A stretch of DNA of 64,000 bases, from contig LCLX01000003.1 of NCBI GenBank assembly GCA_001002285.1, positions 76,915 through 140,914 on the forward strand. Direction: 5' to 3'. Shown here piece after piece: positions 10,013-20,092 of this stretch. Each line of letters starts with the position of its first letter. Within the stretch, counting starts at the first letter, position 1. The notes beneath the pieces are model-generated. The model was not told the DNA's origin, did no database searches, and worked only from the letters and a program-made list of their open reading frames with translations. This stretch comes from Microgenomates group bacterium GW2011_GWC1_46_15 (GTDB lineage: Bacteria > Patescibacteriota > Microgenomatia > UBA1400 > UBA12028). Made by a program: the position numbers and the translations under genes.

Positions 10013-10888
10013 ATGCAAAAACCATTTTTCTCTGTCATCATTCCAACGTTAGACGAAGAAAAATACCTTCCTAGTCTTCTTCACGATCTTCACAAACAAA
10101 CATTTCACGAATATGAAATCATCATTGTCGATGGAAAATCAAAAGATCGTACACAGGAAATTGTTCAATTATTCACACAAGAACACCCCCAGACCATGTT
10201 GCTTATTTCAAAAAAACGCAATGTAGGCATGCAACGCAATCTTGGGGCAAAATACGCAAAAGGATCCATGTTAGTTTTCCTAGACGCCGATACGCGCATC
10301 CCGCGCTATTTTCTTGAGGGAGTCCACTATCACCTCATGCGGCGCAATGTTGATGCATGGGCAACAGAGCCTCAGGCAGATACAAATGATGCAAAAGACA
10401 AGCTTTCCCTCCGATTTTATAACTCAATCAACGACGTTGCCCTGCTTATCAAGAAACCATTTGTTGTGGGAGCCTGTATAGGATGTAAAAAAAATGTTTT
10501 TGTAGCGCTTCATGGATTTGACGAGGCACTTGCTATCGGCGAAGACTGGGATTTTATACATCGACTTCTTGTTGCACCATATTCATTTACTATTTTTACT
10601 GATCCACATTTTGTACTTTCATTCCGAAGATTCCGAAAAGAGGGGATGTTCCATATGATCAATCACAACTTCATTTCAACGCTCCGCGCAGTATTAAATG
10701 AAAAAATAACAGGGCCGGTTGCCTCTTATCCCATGCTTGGAGGTTCATACTTTATGACACCAAAGAAAAAGAGTTCTTTTTCTCTATCAATGAAAAATTT
10801 CGTGACGATTTTTTCGAAGATGTCGAAACAACAAAAGAAAAATGTGCAAACTATTTTAACCCAACTCAAAACATACTTTCCAGAATAA
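10013..10888 (+). CDS. Glycosyltransferase family 2
   Basis: SVIIPT, IVDGKSKD, QRNLGA, FLDAD, GEDWD. Confidence 0.9.
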   Translation: MQKPFFSVIIPTLDEEKYLPSLLHDLHKQTFHEYEIIIVDGKSKDRTQEIVQLFTQEHPQTMLLISKKRNVGMQRNLGAKYAKGSMLVFLDADTRIPRYFLEGVHYHLMRRNVDAWATEPQADTNDAKDKLSLRFYNSINDVALLIKKPFVVGACIGCKKNVFVALHGFDEALAIGEDWDFIHRLLVAPYSFTIFTDPHFVLSFRRFRKEGMFHMINHNFISTLRAVLNEKITGPVASYPMLGGSYFMTPKKKSSFSLSMKNFVTIFSKMSKQQKKNVQTILTQLKTYFPE

Positions 10889-10899
10889 GTGGCCGCGTG

Positions 10900-12633
10900 T
10901 TATATCGCGCGTAGTTCTTTCACCGTCGTCGCTTGATCCGGTGTTTTGTCATCGCGGAATCGTTCGAGGCGTGGGAATCGCAGTGCTTTTTCTGCCGAGT
11001 GGGTTGGCGAGTTTGTAATTTCGTCTGCAGCAACTTCTACGACGAGCGATGGTTTCATCCACACATCGGGAATCAAGTTTTCGTGAACAAGATACTCTTT
11101 CGGCTGCGACTTGACCGCAAGTTTTTCTGCGCGGGTTTTGAGTTCTTTCCACTGATCATCGCTTAATCCTGTCCCAATTTTTGCAACCGTGCGGATCGTA
11201 TCGCTTTTTTCATCCCGTACGCCAACTAAAAATGCTCCAACACCAAACCCCGTGCGCTTTCCTTGCCCTTTGTAGTACCCCATCACGATACAATCTAACG
11301 TATCGGATAGCTTCCCAACCGCCCCCTCTTCTTCCTTAAACTTCACCCAACTCCACCCGCGGCGCCCCGGCTGATACTCACTGGCATACTGCTTTATAAC
11401 CGCACCTTCTAATCCGGTAGAAAGCTGTTTCGCATGGAACTCACGCAACTCTTTTGGAGAATCCGTAATAATATATGGCGCAAGCACAAACACACTTCCC
11501 CGTTTTATTGTTTGTTCAAGAATTTCTTTGCGCTCGTACAGCGGAATATGCAGCAAGTTTTTTCCGTTTTTATACAAAATATCAAACACAAAAAAGCGCA
11601 ATGGGACACGCGCCGCTGTTTCTTCAATATCATGTTTGCGTTTGCGTTGAATCGTTTGTTGGAACGGCAAAAGCTTGTCTGTTTCGGGATCGTACCCAAC
11701 CGCTTCCGAGTCCAAAATAATCTCATCCGCGTCAATGGCATCAAGCGCCCGATCTGTTGCTAACTCGGGAAACATCCCGCTTGATTCCTCGAGGTTGCGG
11801 GTGAATGTACGAATGTGCCATTCCTTGCCTGATTTCTGTATATGAATAGACACGCGCGTGCCGTCGTACTTGGGTTCAACATAGACTTTGCCCATTTTTT
11901 CAATCATTTCGTCAGCCGTGTGCAGCCGCTGGCAAAGCGCCGGCGCGATGGGAATGCCGAGTTCAATATCAAAAGAATCGAGCCCTTTTTCGCCCTCTGC
12001 CAAAAATACGCGTGCGAACTTACCGATATCCGCCTTCATCTGATACGCCAACTCCAACGGCTTGCGCAACGATTTATCGCCTGTTTTCGCCCACGACAAC
12101 GCGTCCAACAGCGTCATCTGCGAGAACCCAAGACGCAGTGTTCCCAAAAGGATGCGCACGGTGTATTTTGCCGTTAACCCAGAGCTCTTCCGCAAAATTT
12201 CTGCCATGTGCTGAAGTTTGCGCTCTTGGCTTCCCACACCCCCCTCTTTTGCCAAAGCGAGAAGCGCGTTAAACACTTCTAGAATAGAACGTGTGTCTTC
12301 TGCGTGGGTGTGCAAAAGGTGTTCCGCAACATCACCGAGATCGCCGCATGATTTAAACAGTGATAAAACGGATGAAAGACGCTCTTTATTATCGGCCTTC
12401 GTTGAAGCCGTATCAACACACTCTGCCAACACACGCATCACCATTTTTTCCGCAAAGTTAAACTCGAGATTCACGTAGAGCGGGGCCAACCGCCCAAGCA
12501 ACAACCAACACGCGGGTTCAACATCATCGCGCTGAAGTGTGTTGAATAGATCTGCGAGAAGCGCGGTCATCTCCAACCGTGAAGATGTTTTTTCAATTGT
12601 GGAAAGGCGTGTACAAAAATCGTGGAACGTCAT
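10900..12633 (-). CDS. lig: ATP-dependent DNA ligase (archaeal/eukaryotic ligase I type)
   Basis: EPKYDG adenylation motif, EGAVIK, WVKFK, LRFPR, N-terminal DNA-binding domain. Confidence 0.92.
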   Translation of the reverse strand: MTFHDFCTRLSTIEKTSSRLEMTALLADLFNTLQRDDVEPACWLLLGRLAPLYVNLEFNFAEKMVMRVLAECVDTASTKADNKERLSSVLSLFKSCGDLGDVAEHLLHTHAEDTRSILEVFNALLALAKEGGVGSQERKLQHMAEILRKSSGLTAKYTVRILLGTLRLGFSQMTLLDALSWAKTGDKSLRKPLELAYQMKADIGKFARVFLAEGEKGLDSFDIELGIPIAPALCQRLHTADEMIEKMGKVYVEPKYDGTRVSIHIQKSGKEWHIRTFTRNLEESSGMFPELATDRALDAIDADEIILDSEAVGYDPETDKLLPFQQTIQRKRKHDIEETAARVPLRFFVFDILYKNGKNLLHIPLYERKEILEQTIKRGSVFVLAPYIITDSPKELREFHAKQLSTGLEGAVIKQYASEYQPGRRGWSWVKFKEEEGAVGKLSDTLDCIVMGYYKGQGKRTGFGVGAFLVGVRDEKSDTIRTVAKIGTGLSDDQWKELKTRAEKLAVKSQPKEYLVHENLIPDVWMKPSLVVEVAADEITNSPTHSAEKALRFPRLERFRDDKTPDQATTVKELRAI

Positions 12634-12640
12634 GGGGACA

Positions 12641-13039
12641 TTATAGAGCAAGCGCTCTCCATACTGAACGAAGCTTGCGGTCTTGAGTAACAAGCGCCGC
12701 TTCTCTCTGTTGTAACGCCGCAACAAGTATTCTGGCATCCGAAAAACTGATGCTATGCTCAGCAAACACTTCGAGCGCCTGAGAAGCTTCTCCCGCATGT
12801 TCTATGTGAACATTTTTTATCGAAAATAGGGCGCGGAGAATCAAAATAATTTCTTGTTTTACTTTTTCATATCTCGACTTTAGTACCCAAACAAGTTCAA
12901 ACAACACAATTTCTGGAATAACGACCGTAATTTTCCCATTTTTTGCTTGTGACACAAGCGTAACAAACTCGGGGTTTTCTGTCCTATCAAGCATGGCATC
13001 AAGTACTGCGCTGGTGTCTACGACGACGACATTCATCAT
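12641..13039 (-). CDS. PIN-domain (VapC-like) toxin
   Basis: VVDTS..VLFELVWVL..FSDA..LVTQD acidic PIN residues. Confidence 0.85.
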   Translation of the reverse strand: MMNVVVVDTSAVLDAMLDRTENPEFVTLVSQAKNGKITVVIPEIVLFELVWVLKSRYEKVKQEIILILRALFSIKNVHIEHAGEASQALEVFAEHSISFSDARILVAALQQREAALVTQDRKLRSVWRALAL

Positions 13040-13044
13040 GTGTG

Positions 13045-13305
13045 TTATTTCTTTATGTTTGAAAATTTTGCTTGCATGACTCCATCAAGTGTTTTATGAA
13101 TCAGTGCTTTTGTTGGAACATTGCTTGATTCATGGATTGTTCCAAAAAAATCTTCAATGTTTGATTGAATGGCCGGACGAAGCGTCATCGTGTCTTTGTG
13201 GAATGACAGATGCAACCGTACTCCCTTTTCAAGATTCAACGCTTGGCGGATTTCTGAGGGAATAGTAAACTGTCCTTTTGATGAAATGGGAACAATGAAC
13301 GTCAT
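13045..13305 (-). CDS. AbrB/MazE-fold antitoxin
   Basis: ISSKGQFTIPSEIRQALNL, directly upstream of PIN gene. Confidence 0.85.
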   Translation of the reverse strand: MTFIVPISSKGQFTIPSEIRQALNLEKGVRLHLSFHKDTMTLRPAIQSNIEDFFGTIHESSNVPTKALIHKTLDGVMQAKFSNIKK

Positions 13306-13388
13306 GGATCGTATCCTACCGTACTTTCTTACCATTGTCAATATTCCTTACGTTTGTATGATTGTCTTACGCATAGTGCGCTTAACAT

Positions 13389-14513
13389 TTATTCGTTCAG
13401 TATGTACCGCACGCCCTTTGTGACGCCATGCTTGCGGATAATACCCTTCGTGATGAGGTCTTTCACATCGCGCAAAATGGTGTCTGTAGAAATGAGCGGT
13501 AGAGCCTCGTTAGCTTCAGCACTCGTGAGCTCCCCTTTTTGCTGAAGAATTTCTAATAAAATAATTTGACGTTCCGAAAGCGCCACCTGTTTCCCTAACT
13601 TCGACTTCAACTTAATATCCTGCGAAAGTTTTAACACTTGTTGTTTGATGCGGTCCAACTCAACTGCCAAACCGTAGCTAAAGTATTCCAACCAATATGT
13701 TACGTCCTGGTTCTCGCTTTTTTGCACCGAAAGAATTGCGTTGTAGTACCCCTCAATATCCGCATCAAAGTACTCTTCTAGGCTGAAAAATCGCTTGACA
13801 TTGTATCCTTCCGAGTACAGTACAAACATCGCCATCGCACGCGCGGTACGCCCATTTCCCTCGATAAACGGATGGATGCGGACAAGTTCGTAATGCACAA
13901 TACCCGCCCGCAGAACTGGATGAATATCCTGTGCTTCTTGAGAGTTTAGCCACTCAAAAAACTCTTCAATGAACTGTGGGACATCAACGGAAAGCGGTGG
14001 CCTGTATACAACTTCGCCGCTGTCTACACTCCGCACCACAACCTGTTTTGTGCGGTATACGCCAACATTTTCGTCTGGAATGACACGGGAAACGACGAGT
14101 GAATGCAACGCCCGAAGCATATCTTCGGTGTACTCGGGGTGTTTCACTATTTCTTTCCCACGCTCTTTTTTATCTTCCGACATTCCAAGATCCTGCGCGT
14201 CAATCCACTCGAGGACCGCGCGGTAGTTTAAAACCTCTTGAACGTCACGCTCTTTCGCAAACACGCCGGCCTGTTCTGCCGCCTGCTCCGGATCATCACC
14301 TTTTATTTGAACGATTTTCTCCGTTTGTTCTTTTGTGAGCTCATTTCCCTCAAGATGTGTGCCGTGGTGAATAGATCGCACAAGCGCTTCTTGGCGGAAT
14401 TTGGCCTCCCAAGACGGCACGAGCGGTGCGTTATCAATGACTTCTTTGCACGCCTCAATCCGCGAGATGTACTTGAGGAGATTGTTGGAGATGCGGAATG
14501 TTGGTGTGTACAT
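13389..14513 (-). CDS. Fic family protein with C-terminal winged helix
   Basis: HPFIEGNGRTAR Fic motif; THLEGN inhibitory-helix-like motif. Confidence 0.9.
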   Translation of the reverse strand: MYTPTFRISNNLLKYISRIEACKEVIDNAPLVPSWEAKFRQEALVRSIHHGTHLEGNELTKEQTEKIVQIKGDDPEQAAEQAGVFAKERDVQEVLNYRAVLEWIDAQDLGMSEDKKERGKEIVKHPEYTEDMLRALHSLVVSRVIPDENVGVYRTKQVVVRSVDSGEVVYRPPLSVDVPQFIEEFFEWLNSQEAQDIHPVLRAGIVHYELVRIHPFIEGNGRTARAMAMFVLYSEGYNVKRFFSLEEYFDADIEGYYNAILSVQKSENQDVTYWLEYFSYGLAVELDRIKQQVLKLSQDIKLKSKLGKQVALSERQIILLEILQQKGELTSAEANEALPLISTDTILRDVKDLITKGIIRKHGVTKGVRYILNE

Positions 14514-14673
14514 ATGCGCGCGACACTTTCAGCTACTCGGCAGATCATATGAAAATCGAAGGCAATTGTTGCAGATTCTGCGGGGAAAGTAAAGGGAGGA
14601 GAGATCGGGACGTACAGCATATCCATTTTGCATATTGATTTTCTCCGCATTTTTGATATACACATATATACAT

Positions 14674-14913
14674 ATGTTAAATAAGCGCACAAATATTATG
14701 TTTGATGAAAACGTCTGGAATACCCTAGCGTTATACGCAAAGAAAAAGAAGACTACTGTCGGAGTTCTTGTGCGAGATGCTGTAGAAAAAACATACAGTG
14801 TTTCCGATAAACAAAAGCGTATGATGCGGGCACACCGAAATATTGTAAAGCTCCGTACCGTAGGTAAATCCCTCGACTACAAAGCACTCATCGAAGAGGG
14901 GAGAAAATGGTAA
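14674..14913 (+). CDS. Ribbon-helix-helix antitoxin
   Basis: KRTNIMF..TVGVLVRDAV; overlaps downstream PIN gene. Confidence 0.75.
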   Translation: MLNKRTNIMFDENVWNTLALYAKKKKTTVGVLVRDAVEKTYSVSDKQKRMMRAHRNIVKLRTVGKSLDYKALIEEGRKW

Positions 14914-15299
14914 ACATCGTTATTGACGCTTCTTTTCTTCTCGCTTATCTCCTCCCAGATGAAAAATATCCTGAAGCTGATAAAGCAATACTTTCGCACA
15001 TTGCCGAAGAAGTTCATTGCATTGCTCCGTCGTTGTTGAAGTTTGAGGTTGCGAACGCATTATACGTAGCGGTTCTCAGAAAACGCATATCTCCTCCATT
15101 GGCGCAAAAACTTATAAAACATATGCTTGATTTATGTATCGAAGAATACCCTATTCAATTTCTTGACGCACTCCAGGTTTCTTTCAAACATCATCTTAGC
15201 GTGTATGACGCGTCATACCTTGTGCTTGCACGGAAACATCGCACCACACTGCTGACGATGGATAAAGAGTTGAAAAAAGTATCTCAAGAAAAACTGTGA
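14907..15299 (+). CDS. PIN-domain (VapC-like) toxin
   Basis: IVIDAS..FEVANAL..SVYDASY..LLTMD. Confidence 0.88.
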   Translation: MVNIVIDASFLLAYLLPDEKYPEADKAILSHIAEEVHCIAPSLLKFEVANALYVAVLRKRISPPLAQKLIKHMLDLCIEEYPIQFLDALQVSFKHHLSVYDASYLVLARKHRTTLLTMDKELKKVSQEKL

Positions 15300-15300
15300 A

Positions 15301-15597
15301 TCATTGAAACGGCGCACTGCTAGAACTTGGAAGTCTTGCAATGATTTGCTGTATTTTCTGTTCTTTTTCTTTCTTTTCTTTAAGAAGTTCTGCTTGTTCA
15401 TCAAGAAGGTTTTGAGATTTGTTGGCTGTTAGTTCTGTAATAAGTTGGTTTAATCTTAAATTTATCTCTTCCATTCGCGCGGAAAGTTCTTGCAGTCGCG
15501 CCTTATCTATTTTGTGTTCTTGTAATTTTCGTGCCAATCCGCCAAGACCAACATGCTGCGATTGCTCACCTTGTCTAACATCTCTTCCAAGTGCCAT
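15301..15597 (-). CDS. Hypothetical coiled-coil protein
   Basis: AAGGGG RBS; heptad-rich sequence. Confidence 0.5.
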   Translation of the reverse strand: MALGRDVRQGEQSQHVGLGGLARKLQEHKIDKARLQELSARMEEINLRLNQLITELTANKSQNLLDEQAELLKEKKEKEQKIQQIIARLPSSSSAPFQ

Positions 15598-15647
15598 GGT
15601 TTTCCCCTTCGTATATACTGAGTATTGAAATACGTTTATCACAATCT

Positions 15648-16499
15648 ATGCCTGCCAAAACATCTTTTGATCAGCTTGTCGCCACCGCTAAAGACATTCG
15701 TAAAGATATTATTGAAATGTTATTTACTGCCGGCTCTGGCCACTCCGCTGGATCACTTGGAATGGCCGATGTATTTACAGCACTCTACTTTTCTGTGTTG
15801 AGTCACCAGCCAGACAACCCCTGGTGGGAAGACCGTGACCGCCTTCTTGTTTCCAACGGCCACATTTGCCCCGTGTGGTATGCCACGCTTGCGCGCGCGA
15901 GCTACTTTGCGCACGAAGAACTTTTTACACTCCGTAAGTTTGGGTCACGCCTGCAGGGCCACCCGGTCATGCACGAACTTCCGGGAATAGAAAACACTTC
16001 GGGTTCGCTGGGACAAGGAATTTCGCAAGCGGTTGGCGTTGCATTGGCCGCGAAACTTCAGCATAAAACATATCACACGTTTTGCATCATGGGCGACGGC
16101 GAACAGGATGAGGGTGAAGTGTGGGAGGCGTACTCGTTTGCCGCAGCGCACACATTAACAAACCTCACGGTCATCATGGACCGTAACATGATCCAAAGCG
16201 AGGGATATACCGAACACATTCTTCCACTCGAGCCATTGCGGTCGAAGTTGTACGCGTTTGGGTGGGACGTGATGGAAGTTGATGGACACGACATTCCCCA
16301 GCTTATTCATGTTTTGCGCGAGGCAAAAAGCGCGTACCTCCGCCCCACTGTTGTGATCGCGCACACCATTCCTGGAAAAGGCGTTGATTTTATGGAAGGA
16401 AAGTACGACTGGCACGCACAACCGCCACGGACCGTTGAAGAAGCACGAACCGCATTAAATGATCTGCAAACACTACAAGGAAAAATTGATCATGACTGA
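15648..16499 (+). CDS. Transketolase, N-terminal subunit
   Basis: GSGH, DRDRLLVSNGH, LQGHP, GSLGQG, GDGEQDEG TPP motif. Confidence 0.92.
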   Translation: MPAKTSFDQLVATAKDIRKDIIEMLFTAGSGHSAGSLGMADVFTALYFSVLSHQPDNPWWEDRDRLLVSNGHICPVWYATLARASYFAHEELFTLRKFGSRLQGHPVMHELPGIENTSGSLGQGISQAVGVALAAKLQHKTYHTFCIMGDGEQDEGEVWEAYSFAAAHTLTNLTVIMDRNMIQSEGYTEHILPLEPLRSKLYAFGWDVMEVDGHDIPQLIHVLREAKSAYLRPTVVIAHTIPGKGVDFMEGKYDWHAQPPRTVEEARTALNDLQTLQGKIDHD

Positions 16500-17487
16500 C
16501 ACACACAGCCCAATGCTATCATCGCAAACAGTAAAAAAAGCGACGCGCGACGGGTTCGGCGAAACACTTGTGGAACTGGCAAAAAACGATACAAAAATTG
16601 TCGCGCTCACCGCTGATTTAACAAGTTCGGTCCGTATGCAGGCGTTTGCGGAAACATTTCCCGACCGGTTTTTTACTGTTGGCATCGCGGAACAAAACAT
16701 GATCGGGATTGCCGCCGGTCTCGCGATGTCCGGGTTTACGCCATTTGCCGCAACGTACGGCGTGTTCATGGGACGCGCGTGGGATCAAATCCGCGTGTCA
16801 GTGTGTCTGAATAATCTCAACGTCAAACTCATTGGAACACACGCAGGCGTTTCTGTTGGCGCGGACGGCGGGACCGCGCAAGCGCTTGAGGATATCGCGA
16901 TGCTCCGCGCGCTTCCCAACCTCACAATCATATGTCCCGCAGACTATGAGGAAACAAAAAAAGCAGTACGGGCGGCGGCGCAGATGCGCGGGCCTGTGTA
17001 CATCCGATTGTCGCGTGAAGAGTCCCCAATTCTTACGCAATCGCATATGCCGTTTGAGATTGGAAAAGCGCAGATTTTACGCCAGGGCCAAGATGTAACC
17101 ATTATTGGGTGCGGGCCACTCTTAGATGAAGCGTTACGGGCTGCGGCATTTTTAGAAAAAGAAGGTATTTCTGCTGAAGTCATCAACTGCCACACGATAA
17201 AACCGATTGATCGGGATACGTTGGTAGCGTCTGCGCGCAAAACACGGTGCGTTGTTACTGTTGAAAATCACCAAATCCGTGGCGGGCTCGGCGGAGCGGT
17301 TGCGGAAACGCTTGCGCAACGCTTTCCCGTTCCCATAGAAATGATTGGTGTACACGATAGTTTTGGCCAGTCAGGAACCGCCGAAGAGTTGCTTCAAGCC
17401 TACGAGTTAACCGCGCCGTTTATTGTGAAAGCCGTCGAATACGTGATGAAAAGAAAACACTCTTCATTGTTTCCGGCAGTTGATTAA
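16492..17487 (+). CDS. Transketolase, C-terminal subunit
   Basis: GIAEQNM, DQIR, GPVYIRL, TIKPID. Confidence 0.92.
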   Translation: MTDTHSPMLSSQTVKKATRDGFGETLVELAKNDTKIVALTADLTSSVRMQAFAETFPDRFFTVGIAEQNMIGIAAGLAMSGFTPFAATYGVFMGRAWDQIRVSVCLNNLNVKLIGTHAGVSVGADGGTAQALEDIAMLRALPNLTIICPADYEETKKAVRAAAQMRGPVYIRLSREESPILTQSHMPFEIGKAQILRQGQDVTIIGCGPLLDEALRAAAFLEKEGISAEVINCHTIKPIDRDTLVASARKTRCVVTVENHQIRGGLGGAVAETLAQRFPVPIEMIGVHDSFGQSGTAEELLQAYELTAPFIVKAVEYVMKRKHSSLFPAVD

Positions 17488-18253
17488 CCAAATCGCTGGA
17501 GTTGAAAAAAGGGCCAACTTTTTTGTAAAGGTCATCTCCTGCTTTTTTATTCAAATAACTTCCAACAACCGCGCTGGGAAAAGCGTCGCTTGTGCAGTAC
17601 AACGCAGCAATCAAACCCGCCAACACATCGCCCGTTCCACCTTTTGTCATACCTTCGTTGCCTCCATCCACTTCCTCATACTGTTTCCCCATCGCAACCA
17701 CATCGTGCTGTCCCTTGAGAACAATACACACATCATGATGCTGACGGCTATCTTCACACACTTCTTGTGGGATTTTTGCTGATTTCCCAAACACTCGCTC
17801 ATACTCTTTATGGTGTGGTGTCACAATGATGTGTTCATTGAGCAGTGAAACATCAACCATCTGCAGGGCACCCGCATCAATAACCCATTTTTTCTGCTGA
17901 TATTTCTTCAATAATGTGTTGGTTAATTGAGCGGTTTCATCGTCGCGCGTCATGCCAGGACCGATCAACACACAGTTAGCTTCTTCAATATATGTTTCAA
18001 CTTTTCCGCGGGGAACAACGACGCCGTTCCAAAACTTTTTCTTTGCTTCTTTAAGGTTCGTATTATTCTCGGGCGTTGAGGAGTAAAATACCATGTCGAC
18101 AATTTTGGTCGCAATATCAAGGCTCCATGCACTTGCGGCATGGAATAAATCGCTCCCACCAATAATAAGCAACCGACCGTTTTCTCCCTTATGCAAGTTT
18201 TTTTGCGGTAAACGAATCTGTTTGAGGTATGTACTGATGTTCATTACGTTCAT
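17420..18253 (-). CDS. nnrD: NAD(P)H-hydrate dehydratase
   Basis: HKGENGRLLIIGGS, IGPGM, VIDAGAL, TPHHKE, GGTGDVLAG. Confidence 0.88.
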   Translation of the reverse strand: MNVMNISTYLKQIRLPQKNLHKGENGRLLIIGGSDLFHAASAWSLDIATKIVDMVFYSSTPENNTNLKEAKKKFWNGVVVPRGKVETYIEEANCVLIGPGMTRDDETAQLTNTLLKKYQQKKWVIDAGALQMVDVSLLNEHIIVTPHHKEYERVFGKSAKIPQEVCEDSRQHHDVCIVLKGQHDVVAMGKQYEEVDGGNEGMTKGGTGDVLAGLIAALYCTSDAFPSAVVGSYLNKKAGDDLYKKVGPFFNSSDLVNQLPETMKSVFFSSRIRRLSQ

Positions 18254-18272
18254 CTTCCATCTGTATTGTACG

Positions 18273-19298
18273 TTACACCATCACTACTTCACCACGGGCA
18301 CCGCGAGTTTCGGTCGCAGTCATGATGGTCTGTTGCTTCTTCACCACTTTTTCAACCATATTGCGATGGTCTTCATCTAGCTCGGAAAAAATATCATCAA
18401 GAAGTAAAATCGGGCGTTCTTGTAATACATACTCAACATAGTCCAGTTCCCCAATTTTGAGCCATAACACACCCATACGCTGTTCACCGCGCGAGCCGTA
18501 CGCCGAGATTTCTTTTTTCTGTCCGTTTTCCAGCGTTAAAAACCAGTCATCCTTGTGCGGACCAATGAGTGTGTGCCCCGCCGCGACTTCCTCTACCGCG
18601 TATTGATGAAGACGGTGTTCAGAAATTGTCGATGGATCGTATGTGATATGAAACTCCATGGGAAACTCAACACGCGCGTTTAAAAAATCACAAAACTTTT
18701 GGCGTTTATCCGTTAAGGTGTTCCCGTGCTTAATCAATAACTGATCCCAAAAGGTAAAAGTTGCGCGTGTAGTATTGCCTTCACGCAAAACATCAAGTAA
18801 AGCATTCCTCCGTTGAAGTGCTTTTTCATACGCATCACGCGCATCGCGATATTCTTGATCAATTTGCGTGAGAACAGTATCAAAAAACTTCCGCCGTAGG
18901 CTTGGGCTTCCAGAAATGAGATCGAGATCTTCTGGTCGAAACACCACCGTGACCAAGTGACCAACTAAGTCTTTTTTATGCTTCCCCGCTCCGTCGAGCA
19001 AGTACTTGCGTTTTTGCACTCGCTCGCCCTGTACCATTCCCGTGGTCAGCACAACTTCGAGCTCGATCTCGCTATCAATTTTCCCCTTAACCCGACCAAC
19101 CTCTTTTCCCCACTGCACCATTTCTTCAATTTTATCTGCACGAAAACTCTCACCCGTAGAAAGAAGTGCGATTGCCTCCAGTACGTTTGTTTTCCCTTTC
19201 GCGTTCTCACCGACTAACAGCGTTACCTTGGGAGAAAACGCAAACGTGTGTTTTGTATAGTTGCGGAAATGCTGAAGCGAAAGCGAGAGAAGATGCAT
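18273..19298 (-). CDS. recF: DNA replication/repair protein RecF
   Basis: FRNY, GENAKGKTN, GPHKDD, SRGEQR, LLLDDIFSELD. Confidence 0.92.
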   Translation of the reverse strand: MHLLSLSLQHFRNYTKHTFAFSPKVTLLVGENAKGKTNVLEAIALLSTGESFRADKIEEMVQWGKEVGRVKGKIDSEIELEVVLTTGMVQGERVQKRKYLLDGAGKHKKDLVGHLVTVVFRPEDLDLISGSPSLRRKFFDTVLTQIDQEYRDARDAYEKALQRRNALLDVLREGNTTRATFTFWDQLLIKHGNTLTDKRQKFCDFLNARVEFPMEFHITYDPSTISEHRLHQYAVEEVAAGHTLIGPHKDDWFLTLENGQKKEISAYGSRGEQRMGVLWLKIGELDYVEYVLQERPILLLDDIFSELDEDHRNMVEKVVKKQQTIMTATETRGARGEVVMV

Positions 19299-19573
19299 GG
19301 TGGTATTGTAGCGCAAAAGGGAAGATCGGGACTTAAAGGGAAAAAAGGCATTGGATTGATGCGTAAATCCTTTTAGTATCTTATAGGAATTATATATACG
19401 GGTTTTGTCTACACCCCCATGGCTAGATCGGGACTTAGCCAAGAGCTGTTTGTGCCTACCCAAGTGACGAGTCCCGAACTAAATATTTATCTATGCATCG
19501 GAGTAATTTGACATGGAAAAAGTGAGGAGTACAATCCAGTCTTAAGTCTTATTGAGAAAGAGGGGGGAGAAAT

Positions 19574-19825
19574 ATGATATGCGTTGATATCTCGAAACAC
19601 ACATATGCAGATCCGCATGAGCTTGCACAACTGCATAAAAAAGTAACGAGGCTTTTACCTGAAACAGCTTCCCTTTCAGATTTGGAAACGGCATTACTGG
19701 AATTGCGATATGAGGTGGCACATCAAGCAGGAAGGGGGGTGGAAGAACTTATTGTGTTTGCACCAAATGGAGCCTCTCTTGCATCGATTATATTGATAGG
19801 ACTTGCAGAACCCGCAACAACATAA
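19574..19825 (+). CDS. Hypothetical protein (repeat unit 1)
   Basis: Purine-rich RBS; similar to the in-frame unit that follows. Confidence 0.55.
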   Translation: MICVDISKHTYADPHELAQLHKKVTRLLPETASLSDLETALLELRYEVAHQAGRGVEELIVFAPNGASLASIILIGLAEPATT

Positions 19826-19840
19826 TATGAGGAGATAGAT

Positions 19841-20080
19841 ATACTCACTATCGATATACTCAGACATGAGGGTGCGGAGGAGGGGCCATATCAGGAATTG
19901 GTGGGGTACGCCAGATCTAGAGCAGCACAAGTACCATCTTTTAAGGGATTCAAAACTGATTTAAGGCGTCTAGACTACATCATTAGGCCTGGAGCAACCG
20001 AAAACAGCATTCTTGTTTATGATGAGAACGAACAGACTCCTCTTGCAACAATCGTCTTGCGTGAACTTGCCGATCAATAA
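19841..20080 (+). CDS. Hypothetical protein (repeat unit 2; start uncertain)
   Basis: Open frame from 19826; GAGGAG at 19829-19834; aligns by eye with unit 1. Confidence 0.45.
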   Translation: MLTIDILRHEGAEEGPYQELVGYARSRAAQVPSFKGFKTDLRRLDYIIRPGATENSILVYDENEQTPLATIVLRELADQ

Positions 20081-20092
20081 GCATAATTTTCT

